This document shows positions 20,285 through 31,775 of a stretch of DNA of 64,000 bases, piece by piece (within the stretch, counting starts at the first letter, position 1; each line of letters starts with the position of its first letter). The stretch covers positions 248,001 through 312,000 of the forward strand of contig JANHCV010000010.1 in NCBI GenBank assembly GCA_025594325.1, written 5' to 3'. Source of the stretch: Blastocladiella emersonii ATCC 22665. Lineage: Eukaryota; Fungi; Blastocladiomycota. The position numbers and the translations under genes are program-made. The notes under the pieces are model-generated. The model made no database searches and had not been told where the DNA came from. It saw only the letters and a list, made by a program, of their open reading frames with translations.

Positions 20285-21586
20285 TCACAGCTGTACGGGC
20301 GTGTTGAGGTCGAGCAGGCGGCCGGCGGACAGCTGCGGGACCTGCATGTACTTGCCCGCCATGAGCTTGCGCATGTCGCGGAGGAGCTCGGTGTAGGTGC
20401 ACTTGGGCTGCTCAGTGAGGGCCTCGCGCAGGGCCCACGACATGGCGCCGGTGAAGACCTTTTCGCCGTTGACCTCGATCTGGGCGTCGGCCGAGGTCTG
20501 GTCGTCGCGGCAGCCGGAGAAGGCGATGACGTCGGCGCGCGAGGTGCGCTCGCGCTGGGTCTTGGCCTCGGCCTCAGCGGCGGCCTCGGTCGAGACGCGG
20601 CGGCGCGTCATGAGGTGAAACCCTTGCTTGAACGTGTCGATGGCGGCCAGCGCGTTGCCCGTCTTGAGGTGCACGCGCGCCTCCTTGAGCTTGCGGAACC
20701 CGTCGCGCACCGGGTTCTTGGAGAAGGTGATCTCGAGGTTGCCGTCGACGCTGTACGTGTAGGGCATGTCTAGATTACTGCCGGACATGCAGCAATCCAT
20801 GACGCACTAAGCATTTCGTTGGGGTGCGATAGGGTGTGGGGTGACAGGGGGTCGAACTGAAGTTAGCACAGGTGCTCCTGGTGACGCCACTACATCCAGG
20901 GCCTTGAGCAATTGAAGCGTACATGGAGTGTGACGCCCTCGGGAAGCGGCGCGACGAGCTTGGCGTGCAGGTCGTCGTCGAGGAGAACACCGTTCTCCTT
21001 GAAGTCGAGCGGGATCAGCACCTGCGCACGAAGGTGCCGCGTCAGCGACGTTTGAATCCTCAGCGGCGGAAAATCGGGGATCGCGTACCTCGTCCATGCC
21101 GTCAACCTCGTCGCCCGACGCGTCCTTGACGCTGGCGCCGTGGCCCGAGTAGTGGAAGAACAGGGTATCGCCCTCACGCGCATCGGCGACGAGCCAGTCG
21201 ATCCCCTTGATCATGTTCTCGACCGTGGGCAGCGACTCCTTACTCGCGCCCTCGCGGTCGGTGAGGAACTTGCAGTTCTCGCGCTTGTACCCGTGCTTGT
21301 CGATGAGGAAGTTCGACAGGTTGTCGACGTCGTTGACGCACCCGCGCAGCGCCGACTCGGTGCCCGTGTACAGGATTCCGATGAACAGCGCCTTCTTGCG
21401 CCCGTTGCGGTGCGCGCGCGGCGCCGAGAGCGCGGCGCCCGTCGGCAGCGACGACGTGCTGGTCGAGCCGGCCGAGGCGGTGCCGCTATCGCCGCCGGAC
21501 TTGTCGTCGCCCTTGCCGCCGTGGCGGCCGTGCACCACGTCCTTGACGCTGTCCTTGACGGCAGTCCCGAGTCCGCGCAGGCCCAT
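20285..21586 (-). CDS. MCA1: metacaspase (peptidase C14B), copy B, 3 exons
   Basis: RKKALFIGILY, LRGCVNDV, HYSGHG, DCCMSG, SGCRDDQTSADA, GAMSWA and QVPQLS motifs; two canonical introns. Confidence 0.9.
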
Positions 21587-21843
21587 GTTTGTTGATGCGT
21601 GTGGGTTTGTTGATTCGTAGCAGGATGCCAAGAAGTCGGCGGAGGGGAGAAGGGACCGGAGATGGCCCCGCGACGCCCTCTTCAAGCACTCAGCGGTTTC
21701 CGTAACGGTCGGCGGCGGCCAACGTCTGCGCCACCCCTTCACCGCACGCCCGCGTCACAACGCGCCGCTCATCGTTCAACGCGGCCGCGTTCTGAGTTCG
21801 ACGAAAGAAGTGTGCAAGAACCGCGAAAGTGTATTCCAAATCT

Positions 21844-23659
21844 TTACTGCGCGTCGCCCGCCATGAGCGCCTCAATCTCGTCGACCGACTTGGGCACCGT
21901 GGTGAGGTTCTTGTACCCGTCGGCCGTGATGAGCACGTTGTCCTCGATGCGGACGCCGCCGACGGGCGTGTACCGCGCGACGGCGTCGAAATCGATAAAC
22001 TCGCCGGCCTTCTCGTTGCGCGCGGCCTCGATGAGGAGCGGGACAAAGTAGAGCCCCGGCTCGACGGTGACGACCATACCGGGCTCGAGGGTGCGGCGCA
22101 TGCGGAGGTAGCGGATCGACGGCTCCTGGATGCGCGGGACGCCCGCGGGGTACCCGCCGACGTCGTGCACGTCGAGGCCGAGGAGGTGGCCGAGGCCGTG
22201 CGGGAAGAAGACGGCCTGCGCGTGCGCGGCGAGGCAGTCCTCGAGCGAGCCCTTGAGAATCCCCGCGTCAATCAGACCCTGGCACAGAACGCGCTCGGCG
22301 AGACGGTGCATGTCCTCCCAGGCGACGCCCGGGCGCAGCGCAGCGATGACGGCGAGCTGCGAGTCGAGCACCGTCTGGTAGATGTGGCGCGCCTCGGGCG
22401 TGAACTTGCCGTGCGCCGGGAACGTGCGGGTGACGTCACTAGCGTAGCCGTGCACCTCGCACCCGGCGTCGACCAGGACCAGCGCGTGCGGCGACACGCC
22501 GGCCTGGTTGAGCTCGGCCGTGTTGCGGCCGTAGTGCAGGATGGCCGCGTTGGCGCCGACGCCGACGATGGGCAGGTACGCCTGGTTCTTGGCACTGTGG
22601 GAGACGCGTGTCAGCGAGGGGACTCGAGTGGACGGAAGTCGCGCGTGAAAGCGTACCCGTGGCGGTGGCACGTGTAGCGGAACAGGGCCTCGAGCTCGTA
22701 CTCGGAGGTCTCGAGCGAGGTGGCCTTGATGACGGCGACGTGGGCCTGCTCCGAGATCTCGTTGGCCTTGCGGATGAGGGCGACCTCGGCGTCGGTCTTG
22801 TACATGCGGGCCGTGGTCAGGGCGCTACGCACATGGCGTCACGGGTCAGCGATCGTGCACGGCGCTCACAAGGTTCGCAGCCACGCGTACTCGGAGAGCT
22901 TGGACTTGTCAGCCTTGGCGGCGTGCGCGCCGAGCGCCGAGAGGTCCGACTCGTGGGCGAGGACGTGCACGGCGGCGGGGGCGAGCGAGTCGAGGTAGGC
23001 AGGGAGGGCGGGGACGTGGGCGACGGTGACCTGGTACTGGGCGGTCTGGGCGTCGAGCGTCGGCGCGGCACCGATCCAGACGGCCTCATCAGCGTGGATC
23101 TCTGCAGGAACGCGCGGGTGCATTAGAGGCGACTGTGTGGACTCGTCAGAGCGCGACGGACGCACCAGGAGCAAACAGGCGCGCGGTGCGGGCGTCGAGG
23201 TCGATCACGGCGTGGTAGCCGGGCTCGTTGACGCCCGTTGCGTAGAAAAAGTTGGACTCTTGGCGGAACGACAGCTCCTGTGAGATCGAGCGAGCGGATC
23301 AGCGATGCGCTCCCCACACACGAGGCGAGCAACGCGACACGCACGACGTCCGTGTTGTGGCGCTCCTTGGTCACGTCGCCGCGGAGGTAGGCGATGCCCG
23401 AGGTGGCGCCGGCCGCGGCGAGGGCGTCGAGGATCTTGGCGCGGTGCTGCTCGAACATGGAGGAGCTGGCGACGGTCATGGCGGAAGCGGTTGCGAACGT
23501 GCGATGGCGAGGAGCAGGGAGCGTGAGCGTCGGCAAGAGCGAGCATGCGAGAGCGGGGCGGGCCGTGCTCAAGTAGCGCGCGGTGAGTGGGCCGCCCCCA
23601 ACCGAGCCGGCGGTGATGGGCCGCGTGACGGCCGCCCAACGCGGGACCCGCCGCGTCAT
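21844..23659 (-). CDS. PEPD: Xaa-Pro dipeptidase / aminopeptidase P (M24B), multi-exon; start uncertain (23731, 23659 or 23479)
   Basis: VDAG, SDVTRTFP, FPHGLGHLLGLDVHD, TVEPGLYF and GGVRIEDN supply the D, D, H, E, E metal ligands. N-terminal FRQES-type creatinase-like domain in the upstream exons. Confidence 0.9.
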
Positions 23660-24078
23660 GCCGGCGGCGGCCGTGGCGGCAGCGGCACTCGGCCGGCTGA
23701 ATGCATGTAGCACGCACTTCATGGTGGTCATTTTTGCGTCGTAAGCAAGTGGATCGAGTCGGGGGCGGCCGTGACGAGACGAGCTGGCGGAACCGGCGGT
23801 CGGGCCGAACGCGCCAACCCGACGACGCGTTCGCTGCACCCGGTCACGTGGCGGCTGGATCAACAAGAAGGCGATCCGCGCCTGCCACGCCCATCACCTT
23901 TGCCGTAAAGCAGCGGGTGGAATCACGTTTCACCGCGATTTTCGACCCTCCCCCGTCGCCGGTCCGCCGCGGCCGCCGCCGCCGCCGTGCACCGTGGTGG
24001 TGAAGGTGGCCCGCCCGGCGCACGATGTCCCGCAGCGCCGCCGTGTCCACGCAACCGCCCGCACTCGCTCGCCCCACC

Positions 24079-24742
24079 ATGTCCGCCGTCCGCGCCTCCG
24101 CCACCAAGGCCCTCGACTTTGGCCGCGTCGCCACGACGCTCAAGCTCAAGCAGGAGACGGTCGCCGCCCTGACCGCCTTCCGCAAGCGCCACGACGAGCT
24201 GCAGCGCACCGTCTCGGGCCTGCGCGAGCAGCGCCAGACCATCGACTTTGCGCACTACCGCTCGGTCCTGCGCAACAAGGAGGTCGTTGACCAGGCCGAG
24301 GCCGCCCTCAAGGCCTTCGCCCCCGCCAAGTACGACCTGGCCGCCCAGGTCAAGGTCATCGAGGCCTACGAGGCCAAGGCCGTTCGTATCTCCTGGTTTG
24401 ACACGGCTGCTTGAGGGTATCCCTGACACACCGCGTGATCCGCTTCTAGATCGAGCGCGCCCAGGCCACCGCCGACGCCGTCAACTCGGAGCTCTCGGAG
24501 CTGCGCGAGACCCTCGCCAACATCGAGGCTGCCCGCCCCATCGACCAGCTCACCGTGCGTCTCGCTCTTCTTGCTGTCGTTATCGCGAACCCATCACTCA
24601 CCCGGTTCTCCCGAACCTCTAGGTCGACGACGTTGTCCGCGCCAAGCCCTCCATCGAGACCGACGTCGAGGAGCGCGTCAAGAACGGCCGCTGGGAGGTC
24701 GAGGAGTACAACGCCAAGTTCGGCGATGCCCGCGTCGTCTAA
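24079..24742 (+). CDS. ATP7: mitochondrial ATP synthase subunit d, 3 exons
   Basis: ALDF..L.AFRKRHDE..TIDFAHYRSVLRNK..YD..LRETLANIEAARP.DQLTVDDV..GRWEV..Y..KFG pattern; two short introns. Confidence 0.92.
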
Positions 24743-25010
24743 GCGCTACCCCCGCTCTCTTGCATTCCCCCACCCATCTACTCGCGGGCCGCCGCTGCTG
24801 CTGCGATATACGACGGCAGCGTCGCTCGCGCGCTCCATTTCTCCTCCAAAGATTGCCCTGTTTTTTTCTCGTCTCTCTCTCGCTCGTCTCCGACCCGACG
24901 CGCTCCTCTCAACGCGTCGATCAGGGCCTGCCTCAACAAACCAACTGGGAACACCGCCGTAGTGAAACAAAAAAATCTACATAGAAAAGAGTAATCGCAC
25001 AACGCCGCGC

Positions 25011-25703
25011 TCAGAAGCGCTCCTTCATCCGCGCCGAGACCGTGCGCAGCGTCGCGGCGACCTTGCCGGGCGGGGAACCCATGATGAGGGCGACGATCGC
25101 GTCCTTGGCGACGCGAATGTTCTGGAAGCTGCCGAGGATGTGGATCTTGGTGTCGGCGACGACGACGCGGGTGCGGGACGCGTTCTCGATGGTGAACTTG
25201 GTCTTGCCGTTCTTGCCCGCGATACGGCCAATGGCGCGCGACAGGTGGTCGCCGTTGAGCGTCTTGACGTCCTTGATCTCGAACGAGTCGATGAACAGGT
25301 CGTCCAACCGCAGCAGGGCAATCGCGTCGTCGACCTCGAACCCGAGCGCGTACGCGCGCACGAAATCAGACCCCTTCTGCAGCGACGACGTCTCCTTGGT
25401 CTCGGCGCACGACCGCAGCTCCACGCACTTGGACTTGATGTTGAACCGCACCTGCAGGCCCATGTGCTCGACCAGCGGCGTGTAGATCGCGAGCCACTCC
25501 TTCTTGAGCGGCGTCAGGCGGTGTGGCGGCACCAGCACGCGGCGGAACTGCTTGCCGCTCATCATCTCCTTGACGGACGCAGGCGCGAACTTGGGCTTCG
25601 CGGACGCCGCGTCAGCGGAGGACGGAGTGGTGGTCTCGACGTCCATGGCGTCGGAAAGGGCCGCAATGTCGACGGGGGCCAGCGTCACCGAGTTGTCCGC
25701 CAT
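25011..25703 (-). CDS. PNO1: pre-rRNA-processing KH-domain protein PNO1/Dim2
   Basis: VPPHRLTPLKKEW, GFEVDDAIALLRLDDLFIDSFEIKDVKTL, RAIGRIAGKNGKTKFTIENASRTR, GSPPGKV; intronless; ATG at 25703. Confidence 0.96.
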   Translation of the reverse strand: MADNSVTLAPVDIAALSDAMDVETTTPSSADAASAKPKFAPASVKEMMSGKQFRRVLVPPHRLTPLKKEWLAIYTPLVEHMGLQVRFNIKSKCVELRSCAETKETSSLQKGSDFVRAYALGFEVDDAIALLRLDDLFIDSFEIKDVKTLNGDHLSRAIGRIAGKNGKTKFTIENASRTRVVVADTKIHILGSFQNIRVAKDAIVALIMGSPPGKVAATLRTVSARMKERF

Positions 25704-27369
25704 GGTGTTGGGTTCGTTGTTACGTGAAGGATGGGCAGTCGGACAGCGTCGTCGCAGGCGGCGTGTCTCGTCGTCTCGATGGCTAGTGTGACTGGGGCTC
25801 GGTGACGGCACTCGCGATGGGCTGGCGCGGGGCCGGCTGCGCCGTGGCGGCGTAGAAGAGTGCATTTTAGGTCACCTGATGCCCATGCGTGGTGTTGCTG
25901 GGGGCCTTCCTTCGTTGCTTCAGGCGAGGCCTTTCACTCCCGCTCCACGCAATGGATCACTCCTGTATCGCGCAGCGACCCTATGCAACTCGTTCATGTA
26001 TCCCGAGAGTCTTGTGGGCCGGTTGCTGTCAGCCTCGATGTGCAGGGGAGAGCCGCGGGCGTGGCTCGAGCCCTTCTCGGCTGCGCGTTCACGCTCGCCT
26101 CGTCGACGGCGTCTAGTGAGCGTGTTCCGTCTCACTTGACCCCCTTGATCTCCCTTCGCCCGCAAACCCGTCACCGTCGCGACAGGATCGTGTCTACCGT
26201 GTTTCGCTCGAACCGCAAGTCGCCAGCGAACGTGCGTGTGAAGGTCTCCGACCAGCTGACTGCAGCTACCGCTCTCCAGCAGTGTAAACTGCGCTACATG
26301 ATATGCAGGATTGTCGCTCCAGCACGTGGTACATCGTTGCGCGCTGAGCATGCGCAGTGTCGAAATTAGGCACTGCTTTTGCGCCGAGCAGCGGCTCTCG
26401 AACCGCGCTTCGGTCGGTCTCGATCTGACTTGACTCTGACCGGTCCGCGGTTCACAAGAGCGCGCGCCATCGTCCTTGAGTCGCGCTCTGACGCGCAGCA
26501 CCGCCATCGGCGCGCGAGCGGCTGCTCGCTAAGCACGCCGACCGGCCGATTAGACTCTCATATTCTCAGTTGTTCTGTCGAGCGGGCAGCGTGACCGGAG
26601 TCCTTCCGACACTCACCGCACAAGGCCTCGGTGCCTGTCATGACTTTGTATTGCTACTTTGGTCTCTGAATCGCGGGGCGCCGCGCGACCTGTTGGTTCC
26701 TATCGTGAGCCGCGAAACTTCTTGATCGCGTCGCATCGCGCTGTAGCGTCAACCGGTCGGTTGCTGCTGGTTTCCGAAGGCGCGTCGACGCGTCATTGTC
26801 ATGAGCGTCCTGGTAGTAGTCGATGCTCGCCGCGAAAGGACTCGGCGCCCGCCATGACTCTACATCGCTACTTTGGTCTCTCGCTCGAACTGAGGCGCCG
26901 CGCGACCTGCTGATTCCGGCCGTAACCCGGATCACGTACGTTTGCTGTGTATCGCCAATCGAACTCGACGCCCTGCTCACCGCCCTGCGAGCCCCGCTCG
27001 CGGCCGGGAGCCTGCTGTGCCGCAGCGAGGCCGCGTGCAGGGGCGCCGTAAACTTCTTGGCAAGGATCAGCTTGGCATCGCGGCGCGTAGTCCACGATGC
27101 GTTTCGGGGCCTCTCAGCGTCCGTTGCGCGAGAACGCATCGTTCGCTGTGACCATCATTGCTTGTTTGACATGTTTACTTCGGGTCCGTGAGCAGTCGCG
27201 GTTAGCTTGGCCATGGCGGCCACCGTGGCCATGGCCACGACCATGACAACGACCACCAAATCTCACCAGTCCAACAGATTTCGACACCAACCTCCATTTA
27301 TGCAAGCTATAAAGAACGACTTAGACACCAACCCTATTTACACAACACAACACCCGTCGCGCGCCTTCA

Positions 27370-29009
27370 TCACCACACGCGGAACGAGTTATTCTGCGGC
27401 CCAATCTCCTCGTCGCCGACCTCGATCCCGGTGCCCACGCCCGACGACGACGCGAGACTCACGAGCCGTCTCCCGCCACTCCCGCCACCACTCCCGCCTC
27501 CGCCCAACCCGAGCGCCGCGGCCGCCGGCATCCGGTCAGCGACGGCCAGCGGCGCGCTCGGGAAGTAGGCGGCGGACGGGCTGATGGGCACGCCCTCGCG
27601 GCGCGCGACGAGGCGCGCGGCGGTCGCGGGCGGGAGACGCAGGGTGCGCTGGTGCTGAGCGCGTGGCGCGTCGCCAACGGTCGCGTTGGTCGTGATGACC
27701 AGGTCAATGTGCTGCGCCTCGAGCGAGCCGTACCCGACGACCTTGGAGTACGACCCGGCGTCGCCACCGGAGGTAGTGGTTGCGGACTCGTCGATGGCGG
27801 CGAGCGCGGGCGGGTGCATGGCGGGGACCGCGGGGACCGCGGACGTCGACGCGGACCGCGCGAGCCCGCCCGCGGCGCCGAGCCCCGTTGTCCCGGCGAC
27901 GGGCGCGGTGTGGGACCGGCCGGGCATCGCGGACCAGCCCTTGGGCCGCCACCCACTTCCCTCGCCGGAACTCCCGCGGCGCTGGCGGATCGCGGCGGCC
28001 AAGCTCGGCAGCCGTCCGCGGCGCTGGAGCCCGACGACGATCATGGCGGCGAGCGCGACGCCGGCGACGAGCGGGAGTCCGACGGCGACGGCGGTGACGG
28101 CGGACGCGGTGCTCGACGACCGCACGCTGCCGTCGTCCCCGTTGGTGGCCGCGTCCGAGTTGAGGTCCGACCCGCGGTCGCCCTGCGCCGCAGCGCGGTC
28201 CGCGGCGCCGTCGGGGCCGGCGTTGTCGGAGGGTGAAGAGGAGGAAGACGAGGAGGAAGAAGGAGGGGACGCGGCCCGCGCGTTCCCGCGAATACTCGGC
28301 GCGCCAGACGAGGAGGAAGCGGCGCCCGCGCCACTACCCCCGCCGTTCCCCGCGACGGGCCCCGATGGCTCGCCGTCGGCGTTCGTCCGTCCGCGACCGC
28401 CGGACGCGCCGCCATTGCTCGGGGCCGGCGTCGGCGCCGCGACGGGCGGCTGCTGCGGGAGGACACGGTTCCGGTTACGGCTCCCACCGCCGTTCCCTCC
28501 ATCGCCACCAGAGCCCGGGTCGGGCGTCGGGTCAGTGTCGGGCGGGCCAATCCGCATGCGCGGGTCGTCGACGGGCGGCGGGGTCGTGGTCGGCGTGGCG
28601 GGTGGCGGCGCGCCGAAGAGCGGCGGGTCCGTCGACGTCGGTTTGGGCGTGGGGACGACCAGGACCTCGGTGCCCGTCACAGTGCCCGGCGGCGCGACGG
28701 GGAGAGGGGGTTCGGGTGTTGGCGGCGGCGGGGCCGACGGGGAGACGGCCGAGGCCGTGACGCTGGGTGGTGCCGCCGGCGGTTTCTCGTCGAGCGGGCG
28801 CACGGCCGAGATGGAGACGGACGCGGACTGGTCGGGAGAGGCGGGGTGGAGTGAGTAAGCGATGACGATGGCCACGGCCGGAAGTGACGTACGGCGGAGA
28901 CGGGCAGACTGGTCGCGGGCGTGGCCATGCCGAGGATCGCGACGGCGGCGACGGCGAGCAGCGCGACGGCCGCGGCGAGCGTGAACCGGCGCCGCGTCGG
29001 GCTCGCCAT
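27370..29009 (-). CDS. type I membrane protein with signal peptide and Pro/Ser/Thr/Gly-rich ectodomain (mucin/cell-wall-sensor-like), 2 exons
   Basis: MASPTRRRFTLAAAVALLAVAAVAILG signal peptide; intron 28892-28829; TM AVTAVAVGLPLVAGVALAAMIVVGL followed by QRRGR. Confidence 0.75.
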
Positions 29010-30301
29010 GGCGTTGGCCGGGAGCCGCGACGATGGTGGTGGGGATGTTGTTGGTGGCCGTAATGGCGGCGGCAGTGGTGGTGCGGTCATGGTACGGGTC
29101 CGCTGCAGCCAGCACAGGGACGGGATGACGATGAATGGGAAGGGAGAGAGGGCAGGAGAAGGGAAGAGCGATGGCCAGGTAGACGTCGAGGTCGAGCGAC
29201 GGTCGGTGGCGCACACAGGGTCCCGTCCACGCGATCAATGAGCGGCAATGGATGCGCGGCGAGGCGGGCGAGGCGTAGAGAGCGCCAAGCGAGCGGGACA
29301 AGCGCGGCGGAGAGCGAGGCGAGGCGGGCGCGAGGCGGGCGCAGAGGAGCAGCGTGGCACGGCGAACGAGGTCCGGCGGGGCTGAGGGAAAGAGGCGCCG
29401 CCAGATTCAGTGCCTGGCAGGGGCGAAACAACTGCGAGTGGCCGGAAATGAAGTTGCCGAGTGCAATGAACGCGAGGAGGTGTCGCGGGTTACGGGCTGC
29501 AGGAGGGAGAGGAGGAGGGAGAGCGCGACGCAAGGGACGACGGACGAAGGACGAACGAGCGAGCGAACGAGCGAACGAGCGAACGGCCAGGCAGGGCACG
29601 CGCACGGCAAGAGCGGAGCGAGGAAGCGGAGGGCGGCGGCGGAGATCAGCCTCGCAATCAATCAAATCTCGCGGTGCGTGGTGGTGGTGGTGGACCGGGT
29701 GGGCCCGCTTGTGCGCGTCGAAGAAGGTTTCCGCACACGCGCGCCCTCGAGAGCGGGAACTTGTCGTCGTGGTCGCTGCGGCTGAGAGCGGGGCGGGAGG
29801 AAGACGGCCGCGCCTGCGTGGGTGGCGGCGTCGCGCGGGTCGGCGCCGGGAACACGGGGACGGAGACCTCGACCGTGGGAGGGCACGGGGGCGACGGAGG
29901 CCTGAGCGGGTATCGGCGAGGTCGCGGGCGCAGGCTCGATGGGCGCCGAGAGTCGTGCAGCTCAACTTGTCAGGAGAGAGGGGTGGGGGGCGTCCGTGAC
30001 CGCCGTGGCCGTCGTCCTCGTCGACTTCGATCGGGGCGGCGCCGCCCATCCACCGCGAGCACGCGAATGGGAGGGCCGTCGTCTCATCAAGGGCGCAATT
30101 TCCTCGCCGCGGCCAATCATCATCGTGCGCGCGAGCTGTGAGCACGGAGGTGCCGCGCGCGCCTAGTGCGGACACTCGATCGGCTCTGCTTGCGCTTGCA
30201 ACTTCTCGGCTCTACGCGATGCAAACGGTGCGCGTGCGCAAATATATTTCCCGTCCCTCGCTTATCAGTCAGCCAGCAGCGTCGGTGTGAAAACGAACGG
30301 G

Positions 30302-31546
30302 CTACGGCGACGGCGTCGACCGCGCGGCCACGAACTCGGCGTAGTGCGCCTTGATGTCCTGGTCGAGCTTGAACCAGTCGGGCACCTTCTTGAACTGCTT
30401 CGGGTCGAGGTCAAGGAGTACCGCGCGGAACGACACGGCCGCGTCGTGTCCAGGAATCCGCACCGTCGAGATCTGCGACTCTTCCTCGCCGCCCTCGTCC
30501 GCGACCGCGCCGGCAGGCGCCAGCGTCACCAGCACGCTGCAGTCCTTGAGCGTCATGGACAGGACAAACTCGACGAGCTCCTGCCACCCGTCCTTGGCCT
30601 CGGCCGCGAGGTACCGCTGCACCGCGCGCTCCCACGTCTCGACCCCGACCGCGCCCGACCACCGGTCCGCGTGCGCCGCGTACAGCGCGTGCACTTTCTC
30701 GATCTCGCCGCCGTCGAGCAACCGCTGGTGGTGCGCGAGCGCGTGGAACAGCGGGCCGAGCTCGCCCAGCACTGTGCGGACGACGGGCCGCAGACTACCG
30801 GCGCCCGCGACCGCGTGCAGCTGCTGCGCGACGGCGTCATGTGGCGCGAGGTCCGCCGTCACGTCCACCGCGCGACCGTCGACCCACACCCGCAGGTTGT
30901 TCTGCGGCGTCGCGAGCAGCGCGTCGACCGCGTCCGCGAGCGTGTGGTCCGATAGAAGGTCGAGCGGGCAGAACGCTGACACCTTGGTGGCGCCCTTGAG
31001 GCGCTGGTGCATGCAGAACCGGCACGCGTCAGGCGACGGCGACCGGCCATCGCGGTTCGGCTTACTACACTCCCCACCATGCGTCGTGAACAGCCACTTG
31101 GGCTTGATCTCGAGACACACGGTCGGCCCGCTGCCCTCCATCCGCGCGTAGTCGGGCGCGAGCACCGCGACGGGCTGACTGACATCCACATGCGCAGCGG
31201 CCGCGCGCGCATCGGGCCGGACTCCCGCAGCCCCGTCGTGCAGCGCTGCGAGAAACTCGCGCGTGACGGCGACCGCGGCGACCCGCGGCATGTGTTTTGC
31301 GGGGAACAGCGGGTGCACCACGCGACGAACGAACGCGACGGTATCGACGGCGGCGGCGCCGGGCGAGCCGCCCGCGTGCCCGGTTTTGCTGACGCGCAGG
31401 ATCGCGTGCCGCGTGCCGAGCAGGGCCCGCGCCGCGGCGTGCGTGGGGTCTGCCAAGTCGGCGGAGAAGACGACGTTCGCGTTGCCCTCGCCACGGTACG
31501 TCCACTGCGACGCGTCCAGGAGCGTTGGGAGTGAGTGGATTTCCAT
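30302..31546 (-). CDS. IPK1: inositol-pentakisphosphate 2-kinase
   Basis: WTYRGEGNANVV, LEIKPKW, CRFCMHQ, FCPLDL, PQNNLRV, LKDCS and LDLDPK are the conserved IPK motifs. Confidence 0.92.
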   Translation of the reverse strand: MEIHSLPTLLDASQWTYRGEGNANVVFSADLADPTHAAARALLGTRHAILRVSKTGHAGGSPGAAAVDTVAFVRRVVHPLFPAKHMPRVAAVAVTREFLAALHDGAAGVRPDARAAAAHVDVSQPVAVLAPDYARMEGSGPTVCLEIKPKWLFTTHGGECSKPNRDGRSPSPDACRFCMHQRLKGATKVSAFCPLDLLSDHTLADAVDALLATPQNNLRVWVDGRAVDVTADLAPHDAVAQQLHAVAGAGSLRPVVRTVLGELGPLFHALAHHQRLLDGGEIEKVHALYAAHADRWSGAVGVETWERAVQRYLAAEAKDGWQELVEFVLSMTLKDCSVLVTLAPAGAVADEGGEEESQISTVRIPGHDAAVSFRAVLLDLDPKQFKKVPDWFKLDQDIKAHYAEFVAARSTPSP

Positions 31547-31775
31547 TGGTTTACGTTGTAGAGTGCGGTGAAGGGGTGCGGGAGAGAAGAGAGGACGCGC
31601 AGCGTCGGTTCAAAGTTTTGAAAGCGCGTAGCAACGCGGCCACGTGTGCCGTGCGAGACGCGTCAACACGCCCGCCTCCCCTCTCCTCCCCACTCCGCGT
31701 TGGTCGGTGGACAAATGGTACAGCTATATCGATACAAATACATCCCCTCCTACGGGGGCACACTCTCCCGAACCT

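Noticed and set aside
29087-30175. ORFs of 250-360 aa in the interval between the mucin-like gene and IPK1
   Set aside because: Low-complexity purine-rich or GC-rich promoter-like DNA (GAACGAGC repeats) with no coding signature.
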